From Mantamonas sphyraenae STR306 (lineage: Eukaryota; Protista; CRuMs), in NCBI GenBank assembly GCA_026936335.1, contig JAPMXV010000039.1:62001-126000 (forward strand): DNA of 64,000 nt, written 5' to 3'. The notes below the pieces were generated by a model. That model was not told where the DNA came from and did no database searches. It saw only the letters and a program-made list of their open reading frames with translations. Below, one piece after another: positions 23,401 to 38,400 of this stretch (positions are counted from its first letter, which is position 1; each line of letters starts with the position of its first letter). A program made the translations under genes and the position numbers.

Positions 23401-26400
23401 CAACGTGCTTATGAGCTCGTTCGTACCCGTATCTGGCGACCTGACAAACATCAATCTCTCTGTCACCAACGGAAACGGTGTCCCGCTTCCCTACACAAAC
23501 ATCAGCGGCTCCCACTTTCTTGCAGACGGCATCCGACTCACAGACCCCAGCGCTACGCAGGGATCTTTGTCACCGTACTCGCCCGACACTGGAACGAACC
23601 TAGTCGTTATTACCTACGACCTCCAGGTGCGCGACGACATCCTGGCAAGTTCCACGATCGTTGCAGTCAACGAGCCGGTTCTTCTCAACTACGCCGTCTC
23701 TCCCACTGGACAGTCTTTCGCCAACCTTGTTGACTCTGACGTTGATCGTACTCCCACTCAGGTCGTCATTGTAAGCCAGAGCACGTACCTGAACTTTACG
23801 GTGACGACAAACAATCAGTTCACAAGTGACGCGAACTCCACCGCGCTGTCCCTCGCCCCACTTGAGACTCTCAACATCGATGTCCTCGTACACATCCCAC
23901 ACGGAGTGTCGCCTTCGGTTTCGGTCTCGCTCTCTTTGTCTGGAGCAGCCAGTGCCCGCTTTGTCAACGCCTCTGTGGTCACCGTTGGCGCCAATCTCAA
24001 CATCTCTGCTTCCGATCCGGTTGTGGCCGTCACCGCCTCTCTCGCCACCATTAACCTCGGCTCCGTACTCAACAACCCCAACTTGCTGATTGACGCCGGT
24101 GATAACGTCATCATCCGCTTCCAGGTGCAAAGCACAGGCACCAATGGACAGGGCGCCCGAATCACTGGATCTCTTCGTGAGCAGAGCAATCTTGTGGACT
24201 CTCTCATTCCCATCGACATCACCATGGTCAATGCCCAGCTGACTGTTCAACAGACAGCCAATGTCTCTGTGCTCGATGCCGGGGACATCTACTCGTCCAC
24301 CGTGGTGGTCAAACACGCTGCCGCTAGCGCTGCAGACGTTCATTCCCTGTCCCTCTATCTGCGTTTCGACTACACTGCAAACATCACACTGGCTTCCAAC
24401 GTCGCTGTAAACCTGACCAAGGTTGCTGACGACCAAGTTCTCGTCCAGCTCGATCGGTTGCCGCTGGGCGCAAACCTCACAATCGTGGCTACAGCCCGTG
24501 TTACAGACTCCTTGCCCGTGGACGCTTCCCCTACCACCAACACCACCTTGGTGTCCTTCTCCGTTCCCCATCAACAGGGTCTGCGAACTGTGCAAGCAGC
24601 CACACCCATCGTGTTTGTCGTGAAGACTCCCCTCTCCCCCATTCTCAGTCTTCTTCCATCGGGGTCGCCGGTTACTGCCACCATCGGCCAAACCCTCTCC
24701 CTACAGGCCAATCTGACGCTCATCGAGGCCTCCCAGAACGTGACGCTCATTCTCAAAAGCCCCTCGTCGACAACCGTGGCCACAATCACGGTTGTCTCTG
24801 CCAGTGTCACTTCTATTGGTTCGTCCATCACAGGTTCTGTGCTTTCATCTGGTAGCCTCGCACAGATGAACGTCGGAGGTCTGAACAACGGGGCCAACGT
24901 CACTGCCAGTTTCTACTTTGGCAATCTGGTCAACACAGGCGACAACCAGCGCAATGCGGGTGACTTTGTCATCGTTACATTCACGATGGCTGTACAAAAC
25001 ATCCCAAAGAATGTCGACAACGCCAAGGTGACGCTGCACGCCAACGCGATCACGAATTCCCGTTCCAGGACATCCACCCTTCAGATTACACTCAAGGAGC
25101 CATCAGTCACTGTGACGTTGGCGACAAATGTGTCTCAGTCCATTGTCGAGGCAGGAAGACATGTTCAAGTCGTGGCCACCCTTCGCAACACTGGAACGGC
25201 GACAGCCTACAACGTCACACTGTCAGCACTTGCCAACGCCTTTGTGCCTTTGCTTCCACCCTCAGCCAACCCAGTCCTGGTTGTCAACCAGCTGGCAGTC
25301 GGCGCAGCTGCAAACACCACCGTTGTCTTCTACGTGACGAATCCAACACCGCTCGCGTCGTTGTCCACGGCTTTTAATGGCACTTGGCTCAGCCTGCCAT
25401 CGACCCAGTATGTACCGCAACGCACGTATGCCGTGTTTGGAAAGCTGGACTATGCACTTCGCAACAACACCATTGCCGTGCTTCGCAACCAATCCTCGCT
25501 ACCGGAAACATCCATCACCCAGCTTGCCCTTGGGGAAGAAGCCACCATCCACATTCTCCTCTCGTTTCCCGATGCCATTCAGAATGTTTCTGTGCAGGCA
25601 CAGCTGTCTGCTGGATTCGTGCCCATCGCCACATCTCTTCTGTCCGTTGATTCGACAATCGCCATGCAATTTGAGCATGGCGGATCCATCGTTGGGAACA
25701 GCGTCCATTTTCTCTTTGGCAATGTTTCCAATCAGTTCCGAGATTTCGAAGCCGATCTGGTGCTCCTTCAGGTGGTTGCTCGAGTGAGCGACAATCCTGC
25801 ATTGGTTTCGGGAGCAACTGTATCGGCTTCCGCCACTGTCACTGACCAAGTGCGCGTAGTACAAGCCAGCACCTCGTACACGGTTGTTGAACCTCGAATC
25901 AACGTGACCACGATTACCAACGCGACAAGCGGCGATGCCGGGGACGCCGTTCTTGTTCGTTTGAACCTTAACCAGGTTGCTGTCTCCACAGCTGCAGCCT
26001 ATTCCATCAACGTAACTGTGAATCTCCCGCAACAAGCATCCGTGATCATCTCCTCCGTGCAAGCTCCAGGTGCTCTGATCACACAGAATCCTGCTGGGAC
26101 CGTCATGGTGTTGCAGGTGCCTCAGGTAAACCTAGGTGCAACATACACCGCGTGGTTTACGTACAACATCACCAACACAGCGTACGAAGCGCAGGTGCTT
26201 GTGCCCGTTGTCAACACGACGTACGCATCTGCACCAGGGACAAACCGGCGGGTGTACACGACGAATCATGTGATGCCCACGTTCAAAGTACGATCGCCAA
26301 CTGCGATCAGCACTGTGTCCATCCAAACCAGTTCAGTTGCAAGCACGCTTGCAGTCGGGTCACGGCTGAACGGAAGCGTTGAAGATGTTGTGATTGGGAG

Positions 26401-29400
26401 CAGTTTGTGGTTGGGTACAACGTGAGCGTGATTGAAGGCGTTCAGAAGGTGAACGTGAGTGTGAGTGTTGCCAGCGGACTGGAGATTGTGGGGGCGTATG
26501 TGTCGTCTGTGGGCAGCCAGCTGAGCGGAGGACTGCTGAGTGCTGGGAACGGAGGAGCCGTGAGCGGGAACGGACGACTGGCAGTGTTCGACTTTGGCAG
26601 CAGCGTGTCGAATGCAGCGACGAACGTGGAGGACAAAGAGGACGAGATTGGGGTTGTTGCTGTTGTGCGCGTGGCGAACGTGGCAGGAAACGTTGCCGGC
26701 AAGCTGCTGGGAGTGGACGGAGTGTATGACTACGGCAGTGGAGTGCAGCAGGAGCACGTGGACGTGGAAGTTGTGGAGAGTGTGCTGGGGGCTGTGACGA
26801 TGTGGACGAACGTGAGCATTGGTGACGCAGGGGATGCAGTTGCAGTGCGTATGGTTGTGGGACACGAGGGAGTGTCGACAGCGAGTGCGTTTGATGTGTC
26901 GTACACGGACTGGCTGAGCGAAGGGATGGCACTTGTGGCCGGGAGTGTGCAGTGCAACGTGAGCGGAGCCGTGATTGTGAGTGGAAACACGGGCGGGGAC
27001 AGCTTTGTGCGTGTGAACGTGAGCGAGCTGGGAACGAACGCCGGGATGATGGTTGAGTTTGTGGCGGTGGTGACGGGTGGAGTGGGCCCGCTGAGCAGCT
27101 TTGGTAGCCGATCGAACGTGACATGGTGGAGCGCAGGAGGACGCTTGGGACGGGAACAGAAGCGGGACAGCAGCATTGTGCCGTTTGTGATCCGAGCACC
27201 AAGCGGATCGCCTGGGTTTGGAGTGATCGGGTCGAGTGTGGCGAGCACGCTTGCAGTGGGGTCGCGACTGAACGGAAGCGTTGAGGATGTTGTGATTGGA
27301 GAGCAGTTTGTGGTTGGGTACAACGTGAGCGTGATTGAAGGCGTTCAGAAGGTGAACGTGAGTGTGAGTGTTGCCAGCGGACTGGAGATTGTGGGGGCGT
27401 ATGTGTCGTCTGTGGGCAGCCAGCTGAGCGGAGGACTGCTGAGTGCTGGGAACGGAGGAGCCGTGAGCGGGAACGGACGACTGGCAGTGTTCGACTTTGG
27501 CAACAGCGTGTCGAATGCAGCGACGAACGTGGAGGACAAAGAGGACGAGATTGGGGTTGTTGCTGTTGTGCGCGTGGCGAACGTGGCAGGAAACGTTGCC
27601 GGCAAGCTGCTGGGAGTGGACGGAGTGTATGACTACGGCAGTGGAGTGCAGCAGGAGCACGTGGATGTGGAAGTTGTGGAGAGTGTGCTGGGGGCTGTGA
27701 CGATGTGGACGAACGTGAGCATTGGTGACGCAGGGGATGCAGTTGCAGTGCGTATGGTTGTGGGTCACGAGGGAGTGTCGACAGCGAGTGCGTTTGATGT
27801 GTCGTACACGGACTGGCTGAGCGAAGGGATGGCACTTGTGGCCGGGAGTGTGCAGTGCAACGTGAGCGGAGCCGTGATTGTGAGTGGGAACACGGGCGGG
27901 GACAGCTTTGTGCGTGTGAACGTGAGCGAGCTGGGAACGAACGCCGGGATGATGGTTGAGTTTGTGGCGGTGGTGACGGGTGGAGTGGGCCCGCTGAGCA
28001 GCTTTGGTAGCCGATCGAACGTGACATGGTGGAGCGCAGGAGGACGCTTGGGACGGGAACAGAAGCGGGACAGCAGCATTGTGCCGTTTGTGATCCGAGC
28101 ACCAAGCGGATCGCCTGGGTTTGGAGTGATCGGGTCGAGTGTGGCGAGCACGCTTGCAGTGGGGTCGCGACTGAACGGAAGCGTTGAGGATGTTGTGATT
28201 GGAGAGCAGTTTGTGGTTGGGTACAACGTGAGCGTGATTGAAGGCGTTCAGAAGGTGAACGTGAGTGTGAGTGTTGCCAGCGGACTGGAGATTGTGGGGG
28301 CGTATGTGTCGTCTGTGGGCAGCCAGCTGAGCGGAGGACTGCTGAGTGCTGGGAACGGAGGAGCCGTGAGCGGGAACGGACGACTGGCAGTGTTCGACTT
28401 TGGCAACAGCGTGTCGAATGCAGCGACAAACGTGGAGGACAAAGAGGACGAGATTGGGGTTGTTGCTGTTGTGCGCGTGGCGAACGTGGCAGGAAACGTT
28501 GCCGGCAAGCTGCTGGGAGTGGACGGAGTGTATGACTACGGCAGTGGAGTGCAACAGGAGCACGTGGACGTGGAAGTTGTGGAGAGTGTGCTGGGGGCTG
28601 TGACGATGTGGACGAACGTGAGCATTGGTGACGCAGGGGATGCAGTTGCAGTGCGTATGGTTGTGGGACACGAGGGAGTGTCGACAGCGAGTGCGTTTGA
28701 TGTGTCGTACACGGACTGGCTGAGCGAAGGGATGGCACTTGTGGCCGGGAGTGTGCAGTGCAACGTGAGCGGAGCCGTGATTGTGAGTGGAAACACGGGC
28801 GGGGACAGCTTTGTGCGTGTGAACGTGAGCGAGCTGGGAACGAACGCCGGGATGATGGTTGAGTTTGTGGCGGTGGTGACGGGTGGAGTGGGCCCGCTGA
28901 GCAGCTTTGGTAGCCGATCGAACGTGACATGGTGGAGCGCAGGAGGACGCTTGGGACGGGAACAGAAGCGGGACAGCAGCATTGTGCCGTTTGTGATCCG
29001 AGCACCAAGCGGATCGCCTGGGTTTGGAGTGATCGGGTCGAGTGTGGCGAGCACGCTTGCAGTGGGGTCGCGACTGAACGGAAGCGTTGAGGACGTTGTG
29101 ATTGGGGAGCAGTTTGTGGTTGGGTACAACGTGAGCGTGATTGAAGGCGTTCAGAAGGTGAACGTGAGTGTGAGTGTTGCCAGCGGACTGGAGATTGTTG
29201 GGGCGTATGTATCGTCTGTGGGCAGCCAGCTGAGCGGAGGACTGCTGAGTGCTGGGAACGGAGGAGCCGTGAGCGGGAACGGACGACTGGCAGTGTTCGA
29301 CTTTGGCAACAGCGTGTCGAATGCAGCGACGAACGTGGAGGACAAAGAGGACGAGATTGGGGTTGTTGCTGTTGTGCGCGTGGCGAATGTGGCAGGAAAC

Positions 29401-32400
29401 GTTGCCGGCAAGCTGCTGGGAGTGGACGGAGTGTATGACTACGGCAGTGGAGTGCAACAGGAGCACGTGGACGTGGAAGTTGTGGAGAGTGTGCTGGGGG
29501 CTGTGACGATGTGGACGAACGTGAGCATTGGTGACGCAGGGGATGCAGTTGCAGTGCGTATGGTTGTGGGTCACGAGGGAGTGTCGACAGCGAGTGCGTT
29601 TGATGTGTCGTACACGGACTGGCTGAGCGAAGGGATGGCACTTGTGGCCGGGAGTGTGCAGTGCAACGTGAGCGGAGCCGTGATTATGAGTGGGAACACG
29701 GGCGGGGACAGCTTTGTGCGTGTGAACGTGAGCGAGCTGGGAACGAACGCCGGGATGATGGTTGAGTTTGTGGCGGTGGTGACGGGTGGAGTGGGCCCGC
29801 TGAGCAGCTTTGGTAGCCGATCGAACGTGACATGGTGGAGCGCAGGAGGACGCTTGGGACGGGAACAGAAGCGGGACAGCAGCATTGTGCCGTTTGTGAT
29901 CCGAGCACCAAGCGGATCGCCTGGGTTTGGAGTGATCGGGTCGAGTGTGGCGAGCACGCTTGCAGTGGGGTCGCGACTGAACGGAAGCGTTGAGGATGTT
30001 GTGATTGGAGAGCAGTTTGTGGTTGGGTACAACGTGAGCGTGATTGAAGGCGTTCAGAAGGTGAACGTGAGTGTGAGTGTTGCCAGCGGACTGGAGATTG
30101 TTGGGGGCGTATGTGTCGTCTGTGGGCAGCCAGCTGAGCGGAGGACTGCTGAGTGCTGGGAACGGAGGAGCCGTGAGCGGGAACGGACGACTGGCAGTGT
30201 TCGACTTTGGCAACAGCGTGTCGAATGCAGCGACGAACGTGGAGGACAAAGAGGACGAGATTGGAGTTGTTGCTGTTGTGCGCGTGGCGAATGTGGCAGG
30301 AAACGTTGCCGGCAAGCTGCTGGGAGTGGACGGAGTGTATGACTACGGCAGTGGAGTGCAGCAGGAGCACGTGGACGTGGAAGTTGTGGAGAGTGTGCTG
30401 GGGGCTGTGACAATGTGGACGAACGTGAGCATTGGTGACGCAGGGGATGCAGTTGCAGTGCGTATGGTTGTGGGTCACGAGGGAGTGTCGACAGCGAGTG
30501 CGTTTGATGTGTCGTACACGGACTGGCTGAGCGAAGGGATGGCACTTGTGGCCGGGAGTGTGCAGTGCAACGTGAGCGGAGCCGTGATTGTGAGTGGGAA
30601 CACGGGCGGGGACAGCTTTGTGCGTGTGAACGTGAGCGAGCTGGGAACGAACGCCGGGATGATGGTTGAGTTTGTGGCGGTGGTGACGGGTGGAGTGGGC
30701 CCGCTGAGCAGCTTTGGTAGCCGATCGAACGTGACATGGTGGAGCGCAGGAGGACGCTTGGGACGGGAACAGAAGCGGGACAGCAGCATTGTGCCGTTTG
30801 TGATCCGAGCACCAAGCGGATCGCCTGGGTTTGGAGTGATCGGGTCGAGTGTGGCGAGCACGCTTGCAGTGGGGTCGCGACTGAACGGAAGCGTTGAGGA
30901 TGTTGTGATTGGAGAGCAGTTTGTGGTTGGGTACAACGTGAGCGTGATTGAAGGCGTTCAGAAGGTGAACGTGAGTGTGAGTGTTGCCAGCGGACTGGAG
31001 ATTGTGGGGGCGTATGTGTCGTCTGTGGGCAGCCAGCTGAGCGGAGGACTGCTGAGTGCTGGGAACGGAGGAGCCGTGAGCGGGAACGGACGACTGGCAG
31101 TGTTCGACTTTGGCAACAGCGTGTCGAATGCAGCGACGAACGTGGAGGACAAAGAGGACGAGATTGGGGTTGTTGCTGTTGTGCGCGTGGCGAATGTGGC
31201 AGGAAACGTTGCCGGCAAGCTGCTGGGAGTGGACGGAGTGTATGACTACGGCAGTGGAGTGCAACAGGAGCACGTGGATGTGGAAGTTGTGGAGAGTGTG
31301 CTGGGGGCTGTGACGATGTGGACGAACGTGAGCATTGGTGACGCAGGGGATGCAGTTGCAGTGCGTATGGTTGTGGGTCACGAGGGAGTGTCGACAGCGA
31401 GTGCGTTTGATGTGTCGTACACGGACTGGCTGAGCGAAGGGATGGCACTTGTGGCCGGGAGTGTGCAGTGCAACGTGAGCGGAGCCGTGATTGTGAGTGG
31501 GAACACGGGCGGGGACAGCTTTGTGCGTGTGAACGTGAGCGAGCTGGGAACGAACGCCGGGATGATGGTTGAGTTTGTGGCGGTGGTGACGGGTGGAGTG
31601 GGCCCGCTGAGCAGCTTTGGTAGCCGATCGAACGTGACATGGTGGAGCGCAGGAGGACGCTTGGGACGGGAACAGAAGCGGGACAGCAGCATTGCATCGT
31701 TTGTGATCCGAGCACCAAGCGGATCGCCTGGATTTGGAGTGATCGGGCTCGAGTGTGGCAAGCACGCTTGCAGTGGGGTCGCGACTGAACGGAAGCGTTG
31801 AGGACGTTGTGATTGGAGAGCAGTTTGTGGTTGGGTACAACGTGAGCGTGATTGAAGGCGTTCAGAAGGTGAACGTGAGTGTGAGTGTTGCCAGCGGACT
31901 GGAGATTGTGGGGGCGTATGTGTCGTCTGTGGGCAGCCAGCTGAGCGGAGGACTGCTGAGTGCTGGGAACGGAGGAGCCGTGAGCGGGAACGGACGACTG
32001 GCAGTGTTCGACTTTGGCAACAGCGTGTCGAATGCAGCGACGAACGTGGAGGACAAAGGAGACGAGATTGGGGTTGTTGCTGTTGTGCGCGTGGCGAATG
32101 TGGCAGGAAACGTTGCCGGCAAGCTGCTGGGAGTGGACGGAGTGTATGACTACGGCAGTGGAGTGCAGCAGGAGCACGTGGATGTGGAAGTTGTGGAGAG
32201 TGTGCTGGGGGCTGTGACGATGTGGACGAACGTGAGCATTGGTGACGCAGGGGATGCAGTTGCAGTGCGTATGGTTGTGGGTCACGAGGGAGTGTCGACA
32301 GCGAGTGCGTTTGATGTGTCGTACACGGACTGGCTGAGCGAAGGGATGGCACTTGTGGCCGGGAGTGTGCAGTGCAACGTGAGCGGAGCCGTGATTGTGA

Positions 32401-35400
32401 GTGGGAACACGGGCGGAGACAGCTTTGTGCGTGTGAACGTGAGCGAGCTGGGAACGAACGCCGGGATGATGGTTGAGTTTGTGGCGGTGGTGACGGGTGG
32501 AGTGGGCCCGCTGAGCAGCTTTGGTAGCCGATCGAACGTGACATGGTGGAGCGCAGGAGGACGCTTGGGACGGGAACAGAAGCGGGACAGCAGCATTGTG
32601 CCCGTTTTGTGATCCGAGCACCAAGCGGATCGCCTGGGTTTGGAGTGATCGGGTCGAGTGTGGCAAGCACGCTTGCAGTGGGGTCGCGACTGAACGGAAG
32701 CGTTGAGGACGTTGTGATTGGAGAGCAGTTTGTGGTTGGGTACAACGTGAGCGTGATTGAAGGCGTTCAGAAGGTGAACGTGAGTGTGAGTGTTGCCAGC
32801 GGACTGGAGATTGTGGGGGCGTATGTATCGTCTGTGGGCAGCCAGCTGAGCGGAGGACTGCTGAGTGCTGGGAACGGAGGAGCCGTGAGCGGGAACGGAC
32901 GACTGGCAGTGTTCGACTTTGGCAACAGCGTGTCGAATGCAGCGACGAACGTGGAGGACAAAGAGGACGAGATTGGAGTTGTTGCTGTTGTGCGCGTGGC
33001 GAATGTGGCAGGAAACGTTGCCGGCAAGCTGCTGGGAGTGGACGGAGTGTATGACTACGGCAGTGGAGTGCAACAGGAGCACGTGGACGTGGAAGTTGTG
33101 GAGAGTGTGCTGGGGGCTGTGACGATGTGGACGAACGTGAGCATTGGTGACGCAGGGGATGCAGTTGCAGTGCGTATGGTTGTGGGTCACGAGGGAGTGT
33201 CGACAGCGAGTGCGTTTGATGTGTCGTACACGGACTGGCTGAGCGAAGGGATGGCACTTGTGGCCGGGAGTGTGCAGTGCAACGTGAGCGGAGCCGTGAT
33301 TGTGAGTGGGAACACGGGCGGGGACAGCTTTGTGCGTGTGAACGTGAGCGAGCTGGGAACGAACGCCGGGATGATGGTTGAGTTTGTGGCGGTGGTGACG
33401 GGTGGAGTGGGCCCGCTGAGCAGCTTTGGTAGCCGATCGAACGTGACATGGTGGAGCGCAGGAGGACGCTTGGGACGGGAACAGAAGCGGGACAGCAGCA
33501 TTGTGCCGTTTGTGATCCGAGCACCAAGCGGATCGCCTGGGTTTGGAGTGATCGGGTCGAGTGTGGCAAGCACGCTTGCAGTGGGGTCGCGACTGAACGG
33601 AAGCGTTGAGGACGTTGTGATTGGAGAGCAGTTTGTGGTTGGGTACAACGTGAGCGTGATTGAAGGCGTTCAGAAGGTGAACGTGAGTGTGAGTGTTGCC
33701 AGCGGACTGGAGATTGTGGGGGCGTATGTATCGTCTGTGGGCAGCCAGCTGAGCGGAGGACTGCTGAGTGCTGGGAACGGAGGAGCCGTGAGCGGGAACG
33801 GACGACTGGCAGTGTTCGACTTTGGCAACAGCGTGTCGAATGCAGCGACGAACGTGGAGGACAAAGAGGACGAGATTGGGGTTGTTGCTGTTGTGCGCGT
33901 GGCGAACGTGGCAGGAAACGTTGCCGGCAAGCTGCTGGGAGTGGACGGAGTGTATGACTACGGCAGTGGAGTGCAGCAGGAGCACGTGGACGTGGAAGTT
34001 GTGGAGAGTGTGCTGGGGCTGTGACGATGTGGACGAACGTGAGCATTGGTGACGCAGGGGATGCAGTTGCAGTGCGTATGGTTGTGGGTCACGAGGGAGT
34101 GTCGACAGCGAGTGCGTTTGATGTGTCGTACACGGACTGGCTGAGCGAAGGGATGGCACTTGTGGCCGGGAGTGTGCAGGTGCAACGTGAGCGGAGCCGT
34201 GATTGTGAGTGGGAACACGGGCGGAGACAGCTTTGTGCGTGTGAACGTGAGCGAGCTGGGAACGAACGCCGGGATGATGGTTGAGTTTGTGGCGGGTGTG
34301 TGACGGGTGGAGTGGGCCCGCTGAGCAGCTTTGGTAGCCGATCGAACGTGACATGGTGGAGCGCAGGAGGACATTTGGGACGGGAACAGAAGCGGGACAG
34401 CAGCATTGTGCCGTTTGTGATCCGAGCACCAAGCGGATCGCCTGGGTTTGGAGTGATCGGGTCGAGTGTGGCGCGCACGCTTGCAGTGGGGTCGCGACTG
34501 AACGGAAGCGTTGACGGATGTTGTGATTGGAGAGCAGTTTGTGGTTGGGTACAACGTGAGCGTGATTGAAGGCGTTCAGAAGGTGAACGTGAGTGTGAGT
34601 GTTGCCAGCGGACTGGAGATTGTGAGGGGCGTATGTATCGTCTGTGGGCAGCCAGCTGAGCGGAGGACTGCTGAGTGCTGGGAACGGAGGAGCCGTGAGC
34701 GGGAACGGACGACTGGCAGTGTTCGACTTTGGCAACAGCGTGTCGAATGCAGCGACGAACGTGGCGGACAAAGAGGACGAGATCAGGGTTGTTGCTGTTG
34801 TGCGCGTGGCGAACGTGGCAGGAAACGTTGCCGGCAAGTGTGCTGGGAGTGGACGGAGTGTATGACTACGGCAGTGGAGTGCAGCAGGAGCACGTGGACG
34901 TGGAAGTTGTGGAACCGCAGCTGGCAGCTGTGAGTGTGGTGTCGAATGTGAGCAGCGCAGACGCTGGAGACGTGGTGCGTGTGAACGTGAGTGTGTACCA
35001 CACGAGCGGATCGAGTGCAGCGGCGTCGGACATTGTGGTGTCTGACTGGCTGGTTGGGAACGCACTGGAGCTTGTGGTGGGAAGCGTGCAGGCGACGATT
35101 GTGGGAGGAGGAGACAGCAGCGTGGCTGTGGTGAGCAGCGGCAACACGGGCGGAGACGGCAACGTGCTTGTGAACGTGAGCAGGCTTGCTGTGGGCGACC
35201 GACTTGACGTTGTGTTTGAGGCGGTTGTGTCGAACGTGGTGCGGCCGTCGAGTGTGGTGCGTGACGACGTGTATGTGCGATACGACAGTGCAGAGGGCAT
35301 TGGCGGGCGTGTGAACGAGACACGTGGAAGCATTGCAGGAGGGGTGACAATCACGGCAGCGTCTGGAGTGGCAGGGCCGCGTCTGGACATCTACGGAACG

Positions 35401-38400
35401 AGCGTGAGCGCGACGGGAGTGGCGGCGCTGAACAACACTGTGACGGACGTTGCGGTGGGAGAGCGTGTGTACATCTCGCTGAACGCGACGCTTGTGGAAG
35501 GCACGCAACGGGTTGTGCTGAACGCATCTGTGGTGCCAGCGGGTCTGGTGCGTATTGAGAGCGCGACGGTGCTGAAGATTGGTGGATCGATCAGCAACAC
35601 GAATGGACTGAGCGCTGGGAGCAGCGGAGCGGTGAACGGCGACGGAAGCGCAGTTGGGTTCGACTTTGGCAACGGAGTGGTGAACAGCGGCGACAACGTG
35701 GCGAACGGCGACGACGTGATCAGCGTGGGGATTGTGGCGGTGGTTGAAGACGTGGGTGGAAACGGAGCGGGACGTGTGCTGAGCGCGTGGGGCGTGTACT
35801 CGCACGACAGCGGCAGCATCGGGAGCGGTGCGGTGACGTTTGAAGTTGTGGAACCGCAGCTGGCAGCTGTGAGTGTGGTGTCGAATGTGAGCAGCGCAGA
35901 CGCTGGAGACGTGGTGCGCGTGAACGTGAGTGTGTACCACACGAGCGGATCGAGTGCAGCGGCGTCGGACATTGTGGTGTCTGACTGGCTGGTTGGGAAC
36001 GCACTGGAGCTTGTGGTGGGAAGCGTGCAGGCGACGATTGTGGGAGGAGGAGACAGCAGCGTGGCTGTGGTGAGCAGCGGCAACACGGGCGGAGACGGCA
36101 ACGTGCTTGTGAACGTGAGCAGGCTTGCTGTGGGCGACCGACTTGACGTTGTGTTTGAGGCGGTTGTGTCGAACGTGGTGCGGCCGTCGAGTGTGGTGCG
36201 TGACGACGTGTATGTGCGATACGACAGTGCAGAGGGCATTGGCGGGCGTGTGAACGAGACACGTGGAAGCATTGCAGGAGGGGTGACAATCACGGCAGCG
36301 TCTGGAGTGGCAGGGCCGCGTCTGGACATCTACGGAACGAGCGTGAGCGCGACGGGAGTGGCGGCGCTGAACAACACTGTGACGGACGTTGCGGTGGGAG
36401 AGCGTGTGTACATCTCGCTGAACGCGACGCTTGTGGAAGGCACACAACGGGTTGTGCTGAACGCATCTGTGGTGCCAGCGGGTCTGGTGCGTATTGAGAG
36501 CGCGACGGTGCTGAAGATTGGTGGATCGATCAGCAACACGAATGGACTGAGCGCTGGGAGCAGCGGAGCGGTGAACGGCGACGGAAGCGCAGTTGGGTTC
36601 GACTTTGGCAACGGAGTGGTGAACAGCGGCGACAACGTGGCGAACGGCGACGACGTGATCAGCGTGGGGATTGTGGCGGTGGTTGAAGACGTGGGTGGAA
36701 ACGGAGCGGGACGTGTGCTGAGCGCGTGGGGCGTGTACTCGCACGACAGCGGCAGCATCGGGAGCGGTGCGGTGACGTTTGAAGTTGTGGAACCGCAGCT
36801 GGCAGCTGTGAGTGTGGTGTCGAATGTGAGCAGCGCAGACGCTGGAGACGTGGTGCGCGTGAACGTGAGTGTGTACCACACGAGCGGATCGAGTGCAGCG
36901 GCGTCGGACATTGTGGTGTCTGACTGGCTGGTTGGGAACGCACTGGAGCTTGTGGTGGGAAGCGTGCAGGCGACGATTGTGGGAGGAGGAGACAGCAGCG
37001 TGGCTGTGGTGAGCAGCGGCAACACGGGCGGAGACGGCAACGTGCTTGTGAACGTGAGCAGGCTTGCTGTGGGCGACCGACTTGACGTTGTGTTTGAGGC
37101 GGTTGTGTCGAACGTGGTGCGGCCGTCGAGTGTGGTGCGTGACGACGTGTATGTGCGATACGACAGTGCAGAGGGCATTGGCGGGCGTGTGAACGAGACA
37201 CGTGGAAGCATTGCAGGAGGGGTGACAATCACGGCAGCGTCTGGAGTGGCAGGGCCGCGTCTGGACATCTACGGAACGAGCGTGAGCGCGACGGGAGTGG
37301 CGGCGCTGAACAACACTGTGACGGACGTTGCGGTGTGGAGAGCGTGTGTACATCTCGCTGAACGCGACGCTTGTGGAAGGCACACAACGGGTTGTGCTGA
37401 ACGCATCTGTGGTGCCAGCGGGTCTGGTGCGTATTGAGAGCGCGACGGTGCTGAAGATTGGTGGATCGATCAGCAACACGAATGGACTGAGCGCTGGGAG
37501 CAGCGGAGCGGTGAACGGCGACGGAAGCGCAGTTGGGTTCGACTTTGGCAACGGAGTGGTGAACAGCGGCGACAACGTGGCGAACGGCGACGACGTGATC
37601 AGCGTGGGGATTGTGGCGGTGGTTGAAGACGTGGGTGGAAACGGAGCGGGACGTGTGCTGAGCGCGTGGGGCGTGTACTCGCACGACAGCGGCAGCATCG
37701 GGAGCGGTGCGGTGACGTTTGAAGTTGTGGAACCGCAGCTGGCAGCTGTGAGTGTGGTGTCGAATGTGAGCAACGCAGACGCTGGAGACGTGGTGCGCGT
37801 GAACGTGAGTGTGTACCACACGAGCGGATCGAGTGCAGCGGCGTCGGACATTGTGGTGTCTGACTGGCTGGTTGGGAACGCACTGGAGCTTGTGGTGGGA
37901 AGCGTGCAGGCGACGATTGTGGGAGGAGGAGACAGCAGCGTGGCTGTGGTGAGCAGTGGCAACACGGGCGGAGACGGCAACGTGCTTGTGAACGTGAGCA
38001 GGCTTGCTGTGGGCGACCGACTTGACGTTGTGTTTGAGGCGGTTGTGTCGAACGTGGTGCGGCCGTCGAGTGTGGTGCGTGACGACGTGTATGTGCGATA
38101 CGACAGTGCAGAGGGCATTGGCGGGCGTGTGAACGAGACACGTGGAAGCATTGCAGGAGGGGTGACAATCACGGCAGCGTCTGGAGTGGCAGGGCCGCGT
38201 CTGGACATCTACGGAACGAGCGTGAGCGCGACGGGAGTGGCGGCGCTGAACAACACTGTGACGGACGTTGCGGTGGGAGAGCGTGTGTACATCTCGCTGA
38301 ACGCGACGCTTGTGGAAGGCACACAACGGGTTGTGCTGAACGCATCTGTGGTGCCAGCGGGTCTGGGTGCGTATTGAGAGCGCGACGGTGCTGAAGATTG

